Source: Callorhinchus milii (lineage: Eukaryota). Taken from it: a DNA stretch of 64,000 nucleotides. The position numbers were made by a program, and so were the translations under genes. Of the stretch, positions 1 to 12,902 are shown one piece after another. How positions within the stretch are numbered: position 1 is the first letter of the stretch; every line of letters begins with the position of its first letter. The notes below the pieces were generated by a model. That model saw only the letters and a list, made by a program, of their open reading frames with translations. It was not told the origin of the DNA and made no database searches. The stretch lies in NCBI RefSeq assembly GCF_018977255.1, contig NW_024704743.1:17610001-17674000 (forward strand), written 5' to 3'.

Positions 1-89
1 GAGGGAGGAGAGAAGAGTTGACACTGTGTATTTATGGGAGAGGGAAATAGAAGGATTGTCACTGTAATAATGTAAGTAATTGTTCTGGG

Positions 90-318
90 TAGGGTGACTC
101 TATCTGGATGAGCAGTGCTCTCAATCCAAGCGATGTACTTTTCGTTGGTTTGAACTGCAGCAGTACCTCAACACACACTCTAGGGTCCCTAATCCTTGGC
201 TCTTGTCAACCTGCTTCTAATGCTTTCCGAAATTAGGTAAAAATGTGGAAGTCTAGTTTGGATACTTTTAAGCGTAGCAGTGGGTTTCCCCATGTGTCAG
301 AGACATGAGACTGAAACA
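90..318 (+). mobile_element. Unclassified retroposon family X, decayed 3' part with an internal deletion
   Basis: Shares blocks such as ACACACACTCT..CCTTGGCTCTTG.CAACCTG, GTTTGGATACTTTTAAGC and CATGTGTCAGA with the reverse complement of 19548-20170 and 60540-61117. Confidence 0.7.
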
Positions 319-439
319 AGTTTGTAAACTCTTGCATGTGTCGATGTGCACACTGCTCTGGGTCGCATGTGCCATTGCAACAAGTTGCCTACTGTCTGAG
401 CACTGCAGAGATCAGTGGTAAGGTCATGTGCATCTGGCT

Positions 440-787
440 GCTTGGCCTCGATAAGACGAATTTCTGGAAATGGTGAAACAAATTGTTACTTTACCATTAA
501 AGGAAGGTGCTTTGCATTGCGCTGCATCCAAATCAGAGTAGATAGTGAGCCTGTGGAACAGGCTCCCTTGGGCAATGGTTGAAGCAGGAAGTGTTGATTC
601 TTTCATACACAGATTACATAGTTTTCTTTTAGGAAATAACATTATGGGATATAGTACATAGGTAGTTTGGGACATATGTGCATGTGACCGCCAGAAGGGT
701 GGAAGGCGAACTAGATGGACCTTGGTCTTTTTTCGTCTAGCGTTTCTTATGTTATTATGTTCTTATATTCTTATGTTCTTATGTTCA
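440..787 (+). mobile_element. CR1 LINE 3' fragment with (TTCTTATG)n tail
   Basis: Decayed ORF2 C-terminus (..WNRLP..VEAGSVDSF..), 3' UTR and octamer tail ttcttatgttcttatgttc. The same family occurs at 56915-57137 (-). Confidence 0.75.
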
Positions 788-1092
788 AACCAATACATCT
801 GACATTGTGCAGTCCGACTGCCCTGTCATCTCCCGCTGCTCAGCTACAACTGGCTTGTTTCAGGCCCTCTGCTTGATCTGCCCTACCATCGGTAGATGAG
901 CTTTCAACCATTCTGCTGCCATTCTCTGGAACTTCATCCAGAGTCCTTCTATTTCACCCCTTCCCTCCCTTCCTTTAAAGCCTGCATTAAGACAGTCTTT
1001 TCAACTGCACTTTCACTACCTTCACCCACCCCCTCTCTCCACTCCCCTGCACCAGCCTGTGTGCGCAGTCAGCTGTGTAAAGTACCTTGAAT

Positions 1093-1372
1093 TGGAGTCC
1101 TGTAGTATAGTGATTAGAGCACTCGCCTCGCAAGCTAGAGGACCTGGATTTGATTCCCGCAGGGCGAAACGTTGGGCAAGTTTCCTTACTCCACATGCCT
1201 CTGTTTATCTAGCAGTAAGTAGGAACCTGGTTGTCAGTTGATTGGCGGATTGTTTTTCCGGGGATAATAATTGCTGTGCACAATTGGCTGCCACGTTTCG
1301 CCAACAAAATATCCAGTCAATTCACTTTACAGTATAGTCTGTGAAGTGCTTTGAGACGTCTCAAAGACAATG
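1093..1372 (+). mobile_element. tRNA(Ala)-headed SINE family A
   Basis: Head GGAGTCCTGTAG..TTAGAGCACTCGCCTCGCAAGC.., central TTGGGCAAGTTTCCTTACTCCAC..GCCTCTGTTTA.CTAGCAGTAAGTAGGAACC and the shared 3' body. The tail is cut by the adjacent copy. Confidence 0.9.
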
Positions 1373-1680
1373 ATAATAATAATAATCCTTGCATTTGACA
1401 TAGCGCCTTATCACGTCTTCAAGACGTTTCAAAGCGCTTCACAGAGTATACTTAAAGTGAATTAACTGTATATTTTGTGGGCGAAACGCGAAGCCAATTG
1501 CGCACAGCAGTGTCCCACAAACAGTCGTGGATTGAAATGACCAATTTTTTTAAGTAATTATTAGCCCCAGAAAAGCGATCTGCCAATTGATTGACAACCA
1601 GGTTCCTACTTACTGCTAGGTAAACAGAGGGGTGTGAGGCATGTGGAGTAAGGAAACTTGCCCAACATTTTGCCTTGCCA
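1373..1680 (-). mobile_element. SINE family A, head truncated, tail-to-tail with the previous copy
   Basis: Reverse-complement tail ATAATAATAATCCTTGCATTTGA..GCGCCTTATCACGTC and the central domain. Confidence 0.9.
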
Positions 1681-2435
1681 GCAAAATGAATGTAATTGTT
1701 GTTTTTGCTCCCTCTGAGATGAGGTTCGAGAATGTTAACACCAAATCAAACAGCTATCCAAAAATTATCCTAATGGAGACTAAAGGAATTCACAGATTAA
1801 AGTTAAACTAGTTCATAAATAACCAATATTGAGCATTAATTAAGGTCTTTAGTGGGTCTACCGCATATGTTTTTATGCCAGAAAAANTCCTCTGGAATTT
1901 CTTCCAAAACCAAAAAAGGAACATGATGATTTAAATTCCGTCAATAGATCCATTGCTATTTGGACAGAATTTCGGGCGTCCTTGAGTGTTGTAATAAGGG
2001 TTGTATAAACAATAAATCTTATCAAAAACAAATGGAATAAACAGAAACAATATTCTTGCTGTAAAACAAAGGGTTTTTTGCATTTTTCTCGTGTCTGACC
2101 TCCAGGCCTTCACATGACGTTATCCAATTCCCATTCCTGAATCAGCATTCAGGATTCTGTTTATGTAGCTCTAATTATTGCCTAATCTTGCATTTACTTT
2201 ACGGCGTTGCTTCCATCAGCAACCTCACCCATGTCAGCCCAATATGTACAGAGAAGTACTGTTGTTTTTTGGGAACGCAACCCTGTAGAAACCTTTGCTA
2301 AAGATTGTTTTTATGCCATGAAAAAATACTCTGGAATTTCATTATCAAAAAAGGAACATGATGATTTAAATTTTTTCAGTGGTAAAGTGATCAGAAAAAT
2401 TAAGTTGCAACTTCATGAAGTTGTACATTCTTGAA

Positions 2436-2820
2436 CAACAGCTTTACATTTATATAGTGGCTTTCATATCGGGAGGACAGTCCAGGGTTTGCATCCAAGC
2501 TGGTGATGGGAGCTGAGTGGGGTGGAAGCTGAGGGTGGTTGGAGGGCAGGAAAGATAACCAATGATGCGGTCAAAGAGTAAGGTCTTGAGGTGGACCTTG
2601 AAGGAGGCAAGGAAAGTGCAAGTTGTAAGGACTCCATGATGGAGTCCAGAGAGTGGGAGGGCAGATAGGCTGAAAGCCCGACTGCCGATGCTGGGGCAGG
2701 TTGGGTGGGGATTGTGAAGCAGGCCAGGGCCTGCCCAGTGGAGGAGCATGCGAGTTTGTAGAGATTGACATGGTCACAGAGGTAGGATGGGGCAAAACCA
2801 CAAAGGAATTTAAAGGTGAG
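2436..2820 (-). mobile_element. L2 LINE 3' fragment
   Basis: Minus-strand peptide PTCPSIGSRAFSLSA..FKVHLKTLLFD is the typical L2 ORF2 C-terminus, followed by an L2-type tail. Confidence 0.8.
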
Positions 2821-3690
2821 AATGTATACAAAACAAATAATTCTTTGGTTCCGATGCTACCGTGAATCTGAGTGGCCTCAGTTTAACCAGGGCAAATTAC
2901 GTAACACAGGCAGCTGCTTCTATTTCAAAGAGGCTCTTCAGTATTAAGATGGTATAAGCAGGGCATGGTCATGTAATGACACATCCAATAATTGCTTGCT
3001 GGGCTCCTTGTGTCTGAGCACCTGGCCTTCACATGACGTCTTGCTGTGATTTGGCAGATGTATTTATATATTGAGCCAATGGAAAGCAACTTAAGCCCTG
3101 CTGATCAGGAGTGCAAGCATATTCGGAAACAAATTCACCACAGAAGTGTTCAATGCTTCCAAAATTAACTATGTTTTTGTTTCTGTCTCTCGCTAGTATA
3201 GTAACAGCTTGCTCTGTTTTTTGACTTCAATTAGAAACTGTTTTCTTGGCAGTTTTTGATGTGCGTTCTCCGGAGGTCTGAATTCCAGAGGTCTGAAATC
3301 TTAGCTACATAAAAAATAACTTTGTAATGTTACATAGAATGATACACAAGGCAATCAGACCATTGAGCCAAACTAGTCTGTACTTGTTGTTTATACTCCA
3401 CACAAGCCCCACCTATTCTCATCTATACCACTCTATTCCTTTCCCCTTAATGTCTGAATCAAATTTTCTCTTAAATACATTGATGATTTTTTGCTTCAAC
3501 CACAGCCTCCTATGGTGAGTTACTGGGTTAAGGTTTCACAAGAATAGGTCACCCTCTCGTACCTTGTCCGAGTGGCCATTATTTCTGTAAGAGCCTTGAC
3601 AATTATAGATTTTAAAATTGTTATTATATATCAAGCCAACAGTTGCCTGAAATAAAGTCAACATTGAAGAAATTAACTACTTATGATATG

Positions 3691-3880
3691 TAGTTCTGCT
3701 TTTGTTTTGCCCCAATTAAAAATAAATTCTGACAATTCTTTCAGAATTTATTTTTAAATTAATAAATTCAAACTAAATTCTGAAAGAATTTTCAAATGAA
3801 TTTATTTTTAAATGAATAAATGAAAATTCTTTCAGAATTTATTTTTAAATGAGGCAAAAAACAAAATAAAAGCAGAACTA
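3691..3880. repeat. AT-rich fold-back with ~42-49 bp imperfect terminal inverted repeats
   Basis: TAGTTCTGCTTTTGTTTTGCCCCAATTAAAAATAAATTCTGA at the left end pairs with TCAGAATTTATTTTTAAATGAGGCAAAAAACAAAATAAAAGCAGAACTA at the right end. Confidence 0.8.
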
Positions 3881-3988
3881 ATAATTTTTAATTACCACAA
3901 AGGGTTAATGTATTTGAGCTGAAAGCGCAACAACATTTGAAGGGAATTGGCTAAACATTCAAAGGTAAACAGTATAACAGTAATCAAT

Positions 3989-4352
3989 AACAAGTTGCAT
4001 TTATTTAGAGCCCTTCACATGGTGTAGCGTCTCGGAGGAATAACAATGATGTAGTTTGATGCCGAGCCAGGGAGAAAGGGAAAGTGACTGTAGGCATGGT
4101 TGAAGAGTAAAGTCTTCAGGTGGAATCCACTGAGGGGAAACAAGGTGGACAAGGTGCATGGCAGGGAGTTTAAAGGTCAGGCATAGTGGCTGAAAGCACG
4201 ACCACTGATGGTGGAACAGAAGAGGAACGTGAAGAAGACCCAGTTCGGCCAAGTGAAGGGGGTGGGTGGAGGACTGGAGTATGAGCAAGTTAGAGGGGTA
4301 GGTGGCTCCCAGAGTGTGAAGTGAATTGTTGGTGAATGTGAGAATCTTGAAA
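3989..4352 (-). mobile_element. Decayed L2 3' fragment
   Basis: STISGRAFSHYA motif on the minus strand and a caagttgcatttat tail. Confidence 0.7.
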
Positions 4353-4504
4353 TTGCTTCCTTACATACAATAGAAAAAAGGACAGAGAAAAAGCAAGGAT
4401 TGGGAATTGGAATAGTGAATAAGCTATCACAGTTTAGGCTCAATAGTCTAAATGTCCTCCTATGTTATTGTCAATGAATCTTCCTTTTAGAATCTCCCCC
4501 ACAA

Positions 4505-4528
4505 ACACACACACACACACACACACAT
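4505..4528. repeat. (CA)n microsatellite
   Basis: Direct reading of the acacacac run. Confidence 0.95.
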
Positions 4529-7155
4529 GTTCCAATCCCTTCCCAAAAGGCCAAGCAAATTATAAGTTCCTGGATCTTGGCCATTTCTTCTATTAAACTA
4601 ACTGCTAGGAAATGCATTAAATAAAGCTTTCTAATTTCAGTTCCTGGGCTTGGCTTACACCTAGTTTCTATGATACAAATGCACAGCAGAGACCTTGAAT
4701 CACAATTAAATCACAAGAGATGGATGATGTAGCAAGTGTATAAAGGAAGCTACATTGTTGGGGGATAGGAGATTGATGACATTGTGAGCATGTGATCAAG
4801 GATGGATATTGGGTACTACAACAACAACTTGTATGGTATGATATAATGTAGGATAACAAGTCAGAGCACATAATGATGAGGTTGCGTGCTGAGCAATGGG
4901 GAGGGGTAACTGTGGAGGTGATCATAATTGCAGGTGAAGGTTTTAAGGCAAGATTTAAAGACGGAGAGAGAAGGCAAGACAGAGGGGTAGAGGGAGGGAG
5001 TTCCAGAAGTTGGGGACAAATTAGTTGAGCTGATATGAAGAGTCTGACCCCAAAATGTTGAGTATCAACTGGATGCTGTTACGGAACTGAGTCATATGAA
5101 TATTATGTTGTTTCTATTTTTAGTGGAAGCAATTCAAACAAAAAATATTCTCTCTTTATTTCCTTATTAAATAAAAATAAATATTTAAAAAGCAGCATGA
5201 ATTGTCACAAAAACCAAGCCAGTAGACACTGTAATTCAAGAACCTAAACTTTCTTTGTTCCACCAACCTAGTTAGTTTCTTGTAGAATGATTTAGGTTAA
5301 TTTAATGATGCATTTTAATTGATTGTTTGGAGCACCGTGGTCAGTTTAGAGGCAAAGAGTGCGTTTGAGAAGTCCAGATGGGATGTGACAAAAGAATATC
5401 TGAGTCTGATCAGATAACTAACAATTAACAACAAAATGATTGAGTTATGGTCAACCTCGTGAATGGAGATACAGTAATTATCATATTACTGTGCATATTT
5501 CAATGCTTCTGGCAGGTTTGCTTCTCTAATACAATATATTTTTCTTCCAATATTGTCCTCTGATTTTCAAATATAAATTCTGTTCTTGTCATAGTCCAGT
5601 AAAATTAAGTTACCCTATGTTGAGATGTAGTTTTCTATCAATGTATTATGTTACGTCTTTTTTATTTCCATTGATATTTTTCCGTAAAAGTATGTGCAGT
5701 GTTTTAGACTGATACTGTGCTTTGCGAACTCAAAGTGGGTAGACCTGGCTCTCTGAGCTCCCATATCCTAGTGTCCACACATATTCATATGATGTGAACT
5801 CCAAAGGTGAAGTTTGAATGGTTTGTACACATTACACAAATCCGTAACACAGTAGTTCATCTCCATTTTGTAATATATCAGACAGAATTAATATTTATGA
5901 AATATTAATGAAATCTATTGATGAAACATTAAGTTAGTAGTGACTCATTCCTTGTGTTGACAATGGAGACAGTATAGTGCCTATCAGTGGAGCCAAGTAC
6001 GATTGTGTGTGTTGATCCCAAACTCTTAAGCGGTGGTTTTTGAAATGTTCTAGTGGCTGTGAATGAGATACCATTGGCAGCAATGAATTAGCGTTTCTTC
6101 CTTTCCATGCCTGAAACTGAGGAAGATTCTCTGTAGCTTGTAGTCAGTGAGGTAACAAGTGCTTGCTACAAATCTTTAGTACAAATATATAAAGCATTAT
6201 TTGATTGCGCCTTAAGCACTGCATTTTTCAGTTAAAGTCCTGATTATTCACTTCTGTGTTCAATATATGATGAATGTTTGATTAATATGTTATTTATATA
6301 GTCACATTTTCTTGAAAAATGAAGGACGGTGAGGCAGAGCCTATGCATTTTAGGAATAATAAAAACAGTTTTGGGCATCGCCTGTGCCAATAAAAAAGTG
6401 CAGACATTTTTGCAAAAAAATTGCAGAACACTTGGCAAATCTTGTGGGTTAGGGTCTTGCAGAGGGCTTTGCTGAAAATGCAGGAAAATTGCAGGGGTTG
6501 GTTGGTGCGATTGAGGTACATATTTGTGACCATCAGTGCAAATCAAATGCAAGGATTATTATTTTACTGCTACATTTTTGCAATTATTGATTAAAAACTA
6601 AACATAAAGAAATTATTATTGCAAAAAAAATATTAATTGCTTCCTTAACAAAAACTGGGTGGCGAACATCTGCGAGGCTACAGGAGCTCACCACCTCCTG
6701 CCTCTCAGGACCGCCCGCGCACAGACAGAAAGACCCAAAGAGAGAGACACACACTCAGAGACACAGAGAGTGACACGCAGGCTCAGAGACACATTCTCAG
6801 AGAGACACACACAAAATGTATGCAAAATGTAATTAGATTTAATTCAATTGAGGGATAAGGTTTGATGGCAATGTGAGCTTTTGTCAGTCCTGAATTTTAT
6901 TGTGTTCTTATGAGAAAAATATTTTTCTTTCTTTTAATTTAAAATAATTTACATTTGGTATAGCACCTTTCACGTTGTGAGGACGTTTCAGAATATCTGT
7001 GAAGCGACTATGTATGTTGTGGGTGAACATGGCAGCCAATTTGTGCACAACAATTTTCCACAAACAGTTAAGAAGTGATTGACCAATTTTGTTTTGGTGA
7101 TTGTTCAACATCATATTACAGAGCAGTTCCCCAAACTTTATACAGTATGTTTATA

Positions 7156-8568
7156 CCCTCGAATCTCTCACACTACAGTCCCATTTCCAACCTACTCTTT
7201 CTTGCCAAAGAGCTGGAACGCATTGTTGCAGGTCAACTTCGGTCACACCTCTCCCTCCTCGAGCCTCTGCAGTCTGGTTTTCGCCCCACCCACAGCACAG
7301 AGACAGCGCTTGTCAAAGTCGCAAACGACGTCCTCTCTATCTGTGATTCCCTCTGCCTGCTTGGCCTCCTGGATCTCTCTGCTGCGTTTGACACAGTCGA
7401 CCACGCCATCCTCCTCCACCGCCTCTCCTCCCTCATCCACCTTTGTGAGACTGCACTTGCATGGTTCGAGTCCTACTTAACCAACTGCATCCACTTGATC
7501 TCGGCAAATGGTTTCTCCTCCCACCCTGCCCAGTTACCTGTGGGGTACCCCAGGGCTCCAATCCTTGGCCCTCTTCTTTTCCTCATCTATATGCTCCCTC
7601 TTGGCAATGTTATCTGCAGACATGGGGTAAACTTCCACATGTACGTGGATGACACACAAATCTACTTCGGCTCCTCCAGTACCAACTCCAGGTCCGTCGA
7701 TGTTCTATCAGTTTGTCTGGCAGACATCATGGCCTGGATGAGTGTAAACATCCTGCAGCTGAATGGGGACAAGATGGAAGCCATACTCTTTGGCTCCCGT
7801 CAACGTTTTCACTCCTGTCGAACTCCTTAACCTTCCTTGGCTCTCCCTCAGACTCACGAACCAGTGCACAATCTAGTTATCCAGTTCGACCCCCAGCTGT
7901 CCTTCCTTCCCCATATCTGGTCCCTGAGCAGGACCACCTTCCTCCACCTCGATCACATTGCCCGCCTCTGACCATACCTTACTCCAAATGCAGCCAAAAC
8001 CCTCGTTTGTCACCTCCTGCCTGGATTACTCCAATGCATTTCTCGCTGGTCTCCCCAGCTCCACTATTCAAAAAATCCAGCTCATTCAAAACTCTGCTGC
8101 CCACATACTTACCCGGACCAAACTTCGTATTCCCATCTCACCAGTTCTGGCCAGGCTCCACTGGCTCCCCATCACCAAACAGATCGACTTCAAGATCCTC
8201 ACACTCGTGTTCAAATCCATTCACTCCCTGGTACCTCCCTACCTCTCTGACCTCCTCACTCCCCAATCCACAACCTGGCACCTCTGCTCGATTGGCACCT
8301 GCTTGTCTCTCGCACCCTCTGACCCACCATTGGAGGTCGCGAATTCAGCCACTACGCCCCGAAACTCTTCAACACTCTCCCTCAATCTCACCACCTTGCT
8401 GCTTCTCTTCCCTTTTTCAAGTCCCACCTGAAAACCTTCCTTTTGAACCGTGCTTATGGACACCTCCGACCCCTCACCCAACCCGGCTCGGAGTCAGGCT
8501 CCACCACTGTTAAGTGTCTCAGATGCTATGCTGCATGGAGGGTGCTATAACATTGCAAGTTGTTGTTG
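7156..8568 (+). mobile_element. L2 LINE (tail type B), 5'-truncated, RT domain to 3' tail, with frameshifts and stops
   Basis: RT motifs PISNL..LAK.LE, QSGFRPTHSTETAL, LLDLSAAFDTVDH, ILGPLLF.IYM and HMYVDDTQIY. C-terminal LDYSNA..LQ/IQNSAA..LHWLPI..IDFKIL. The (TTG)n tail ends at ~8568. Confidence 0.95.
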
Positions 8569-8655
8569 TATGCATGATTTATTATCAAATTTGTTATATC
8601 AGTTTGCATAGTGATTATGAAAGGAGGAAAGTGTGCACTTCACGCCTAACACTAA

Positions 8656-8820
8656 CAATAATAATCCTTGCATTTGATATAGCGCCTTATCACGTCTTTG
8701 AGACATCTCAAAGCCCTTCATAGAATATACTGTAAAGTGAATTGACTATATATTTTGTGCGTGAAACGCGGCAGCCAATTGTGCACAGCAGTGTCCCACA
8801 AACAGTCGTGGATTGAGTGA
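8656..8820 (-). mobile_element. SINE 3' fragment (body and tail shared by the SINE families)
   Basis: ATAATAATCCTTGCATTTGATATAGCGCCTTATCACGTC..CAAAC AGTCGTGGATTGAGTGA. Similar 3' fragments lie at ~10790-10950, 18780-18940, 21780-21890, 23430-23600, 34475-34635, 40905-41085, 51790-51930, 57715-57820 and 58826-58925. Confidence 0.9.
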
Positions 8821-10519
8821 TTAAATCATTATTATTATGATTTAGTAATAGGCTATGATAAGTTTACTACTAGGCTATTAAAAAGTGGCTTATTTAGTAC
8901 ATTGTTTTTCAAGGTGAGGAAGCCTAATGGTCTTGCCATACACATGCACATATAATACTTTCTCACCTACACAAAAATAAAATACTAGAAAACTCCATCC
9001 ATAGGAAAAAAAGATTACGTTCTGAAGCTCAACATCAACATGAGTGAAGCTATCTTATTTGGCTCCTGACAACACCAGTGCACCTCTGGCTCTGATTCCC
9101 TCCATTTCCTTTTCCATGCTTTCTTGTTTGATCTTTCTAATTTGTTCCTCACTATCTCCTCAGTGGATTCAGAACTGTACAGGATGAGTTCTCTCTCCAG
9201 CACAAGTGTGTGCACATCCATTAACTCCATCCTTGCCAAAGCTCCATTGGCTCCTGGTAATTCATAGATTGATATTCTTGTTCGTGTCTACAAATCTTAA
9301 GGTATCACCTAAACTGTGAAATTTTGTTCAGCTCCACATTCTAGCCCACACCCTCCACTCTTCTGACTCAAATCTATTTCTTGAACCCCCCTCCCAATCC
9401 CTTCGCCCCCACATTCGTGGCAAGAATGTCAGCCTCCTTGTCCTCTGGGGCAGTCTCCCACGTGGCCTTGCTACTTCCTTTTTTGTTTTCTTTAATTAAT
9501 TGATGTGTAGATCCGCGTCTTTACGGTTCCCATTTTCTTTGCTTGGTGTCCATTTCTGGATTTGTGAAGTACTTTGAGATGTTATTTTACATAAAATATG
9601 TGAGATAAATCCAAGTTGTTCTAATAAACAAAGGATATGACAGAACACTGCCCGTAATAGTAAAACCTAATCCTGAAAGTACAACACTCCCCATTCCTAT
9701 ATGATCAAAATAAAGCCATGTGTATGCTATCTATAATTTATTCTGCACTTTTGTTTTCTCCTTCCATAGTTTAGGCTAAATCCTAAATCATTCAAGTGAC
9801 ACACTATCACACAAAGCTTTACATTTTAGTGACTTCTTATAATACTCATCGTGAAAAAACATATACTTTCCTTCAGTATTTTTCATCAACAGCTTGCATT
9901 TATGTAATGCCTTTCCTGTAAAAGAAACACTCTGACAGAATGAGATTAATTAGGAAGGAAGTGAGTAGTGTTATTGGCAAAAATGGAAGCTCATTTGTGC
10001 TGGCAACTTTCTATAAGTAACAACAAGGTTAATGTGGATCTTTATGAATTTTGATGAGGACAGAATATAAGTCAGGACAGTGGGGGAAGGGAAAGTTACT
10101 TAAGGTCCATCTGAATCATAAGGAATCGCTGAAGATGCTGGTTCCCATGAATCATTGATGGCATAAGATAAGGTATAGGAAACCATATTGTGTAAACGTA
10201 GATAGGTTGATAAACCATAAATGTATTTTTAAAAATATTTGCATGCAACAGAGTTCTAGATTGTTTCTAAGTTTAAATTCTAATGAGATCAGTACTGTGG
10301 ATAGCAAGTTATCAAATGGTAGTATTATTATTATTAATGTTGCCGATTCTTTGGAACCAAATTGCTTATGTGATATTTGTGAGACTCACTTTAGCCTCAT
10401 GTTGTCATCATCTTCAGAGATAATGTTTCTGTGAAGCCATTCATAAATTATTTTTGGAGCTCATACGCTGGATGATATGTTGTTATTGTAATTTTTCATG
10501 TATTTTCGGTCTCAATTCT

Positions 10520-10735
10520 TGGAAATTATTTCCACTGGTCGGTGAGTCAGTAACTAGAGGCCATCAATTGAAGATAGTTAAGAAACGAGAAAATGGGGAG
10601 ATTAGGAGAACTTTTTTTTCAGACACAGAGTAGTTAGGATATGGAATGCCCTGCAGGGAACGTAAGTTGAGGCAGAATAGCCTTCAAAAGGGAACTAGGT
10701 AAATATCTAAAAAAAAAGAATCAGCTGCAGAGGTT
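10520..10735 (+). mobile_element. CR1 LINE ORF2 C-terminal fragment
   Basis: gaaattatttccactgg..gagtcagtaactagaggccatc..ggatatggaatgccctg encodes LFPL..SVTRGH..WNAL. Confidence 0.7.
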
Positions 10736-11569
10736 ATTAGTCAATTATCAGATCGTTGCTGGGAGTAAAAAAATCTCCAAAAAAAAAGTTGTCACTCAAT
10801 CCACGACTGTTTGTGTGACACTGCTGTGCGCAATTGGCTGCCGCGTTTTACCCACAAAACACAGTCATTCCACTCTACAATATATTCTGAGAAGTGCTGT
10901 GAAAGATGTCTCAACGACGTGAAAATATCAAATGCAAAGGTTATTTTTATTTGTCTTTAAAAGAGCCAGCACAGACACGATGGCCTGAATGGCATTCTCT
11001 GTGTTGTAAATTTCTAAGGTTCTATTCTCCCTTTCATTTTCTGACACCTTTGTCGCTGCCTCTCATCTGGAGGAGCTGCACTGTCTGGACTGTGGACTTC
11101 TTTATCAATACCAAACGTTTCACCCTGTGGTTGTCTGTTGCAAGGCACGATTCGTGGGTAAAACAAACAGTATCAGAAGGAATGCATCACCTTGGTACAG
11201 CAGTCTAGCCAAGGATCGATCATACTCGGCCAACCTCGATGAGCAAGTTTGAGAGTCAGGTAACCCTGGGAATTAAAACTTCAGTCTTTTTAGAAATAAA
11301 GCACTTATGTCGAGCTAGTAGGGGAGGTTTCGTTATTCGTACTATAATTACAATGGCGGTGAATGTGAAAAGCCTTGTCAAATTTATGCTAGGCTGGCCA
11401 AAGAATGAGAAATAGATTTGAATTGATTATTTTTTGTTGCATACTTGCAGTTTGATAAAACGGCACATATACAAAAGATATTGTTGTATCTTTATATGCA
11501 GTATTTTCCAACCCATATACAATGCTCTTCCGATTTTGGCCTGTTGCTCATTCCTCACTCCCTAACTCG

Positions 11570-12200
11570 CAGAAGGATGTCGGCTCAAACCCCATGTCTG
11601 AACATGGAATCACGTAATCTAAACTAATGCTCCAATCCAGTGCTGGGGGGTGTTGCATTGTCGGAGGTGCCGACCTTTGGATGAGACGTTAAACTGAGGA
11701 CCCATTTGCCTGTTTAGGTGGATTTTAGGGTTGCAGTTAAGATCAGGTTGTATTGGTGTCAGGTTGTATTGACCGAGGCGTATGTAGATAAGATTCTAAT
11801 GCAACTTTTGCTACAAACAGCTCGGCTAGGTATCAGCCTGGCTCAGTTAGTAGCATTCTTGCTTCTGAGTCAAAAGGTTGTAGGTTTCAAGCTTCACTTT
11901 GGAACTTTGAGCTCGCACAGTCTGGGGTAAAACTAGGCATTGCTGCAATATCAGAGAGCTTCACAGGAATTTCTGTAAAGTGGAGTGACTGTGTGTTTTG
12001 TTGGTGAACATGGCAGCCAACTTGCATGCAGCAGTGTCCCACAAACAGCCATGAAGTAAATGACCAATTTTATTTGGGGGATTTTTGCCCTTCTCTTTTC
12101 CAATACTGTCAGGGGAACTTTAACATCCACCTGAACAGGCAGAAATTTAACCTGTCATCCGAAGGATGGCACCTTCAACAGTGCAGGACACCCCTTCTCA
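11570..12200. mobile_element. Cluster of Deu-domain SINE fragments in both orientations
   Basis: Deu core GGAGGTGCCG..GGATGAGACGTTAAAC.GAGG at ~11660, a second head at ~11830 and a minus-strand copy at ~11960-12200. Confidence 0.7.
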
Positions 12201-12902
12201 GTGGAGACAAAATGAGTTCCGAGTCCTGATGTGGGATTGTGATAAACTCTTTTGCAGCAGATCTAAAACACTGAATATATGATGTTACTCTCTCTCTAAT
12301 AAACTCATGCCTTTCCAGGCCATTAATTATCAACTGAACAGCACAGCAGAAACTAACTCAAACCTGGCCAATTTCCTTTCTCATCCAAAATTTACCCAAA
12401 AGAGACCATTTATCTTAATGCTGTTTCTGGGATGTTGGTGACCCACATTAGCTGCTGACACTAACACTAGTTTCTAACCTTCAAATGAATTCATTGTGTG
12501 AAGCATTTTGAGATTTTTAACCATGTAAGGTGCTATTATTCAATGAAAGTGTTCACATACAATTATATTCTGTATAATTCAATTGTGTAGTAACAGTACA
12601 CTTGCAGGTAACTGAAGTAGACTAATAGAGGTTGATGCCTACTGGAAATGGTATATCTGGTGACATACACTACAGATGTTTGCTGTCAGAAAACCTTTAC
12701 ATTGGATCAACCAAATGTTTTAAAATCTCATTGAAAAGAGTAATATTTATTTGAATGTTTAATGCAGTAAAGATCTATTAAATACAAATACCCTATTCAA
12801 GGGAAGTTTTCTGCCACTAATAGTAGCTATGCAATGGAATTAAAAATCATAAAATTCAAATTTTATAAACTGTACATTTGACTCCTGAATGTTATCGTAC
12901 AA

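Noticed and set aside
6300..6660. Possible hAT-type non-autonomous DNA transposon (repeated TTGCA/TGCAA motifs)
   Set aside because: I could not define terminal inverted repeats or a target-site duplication.
7075..8513. Longest ORFs (251 aa and 266 aa) as a functional reverse transcriptase or host gene
   Set aside because: They belong to a 5'-truncated L2 with frameshifts and stops. The 266-aa ORF is mostly an off-frame reading.
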